Positions 63,944 to 64,000 of a stretch of DNA of 64,000 nucleotides are shown one piece after another. Position 1 is the stretch's first letter. Every line of letters starts with the position of its first letter. The notes beneath the pieces were generated by a model that saw nothing but the letters and a program-made list of their open reading frames with translations, was not told the origin of the DNA and searched no databases. The DNA is from Aplysia californica (Eukaryota), in the NCBI RefSeq assembly GCF_000002075.1, contig NW_004798181.1, positions 7,063 to 71,062 on the forward strand, read 5' to 3'. The translations under genes were made by a program, and so were the position numbers.

Positions 63944-64000
63944 CTGTCCCCGTGGTTTTATGTACCCCGCATAATTTAGCAAAATTTGATCATTTTTTGC
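63944..64000 (+). mobile_element. 6-bp-TSD MITE copy 5 (cut by window end), inserted in the transposase relic
   Basis: ctgtccccgtggttttatgtaccccgcataatttagcaaaatttgatc. Confidence 0.8.

Overview
Eukaryotic, AT-rich, repeat-dense draft scaffold with six N-gaps (352-488, 6189-6699, 22556-22744, 38433-38603, 39675-39819, 50627-51242). It is probably an invertebrate, and a mollusc/gastropod is my inference from the repeat content only. Genes reconstructed by hand: (1) a 3' exon of a carbohydrate-sulfotransferase-like gene at the left edge (+). (2) A five-coding-exon gene of unknown function (-, 18351..12286, ~327 aa) that the ORF track shows only in pieces. (3) A tandem cluster of three paralogous C2H2 zinc-finger genes (A on -, B and C on +), each with two coding exons, plus the 3' remnant of a fourth copy. 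Each ZF gene joins an acidic N-terminal exon to a single finger-array exon across a phase-1 intron. That exon has no KRAB/ZAD/SCAN/BTB signature I recognise, but it is packed with psi-K-x-E/D SUMO motifs and carries a conserved I-x-D-V-x-S-L motif. The finger arrays are diverging and decaying from their 3' ends. The best candidate for a novel system is this lineage-specific, KRAB-ZFP-like repressor family; its function is inferred, not shown. The rest of the window is nested TEs: Tigger/pogo, hAT, Sola1-like, piggyBac-like and 6-bp-TSD MITEs, Nimb/I and RTE LINE fragments, and several SINE-like families that share a LINE 3' tail.
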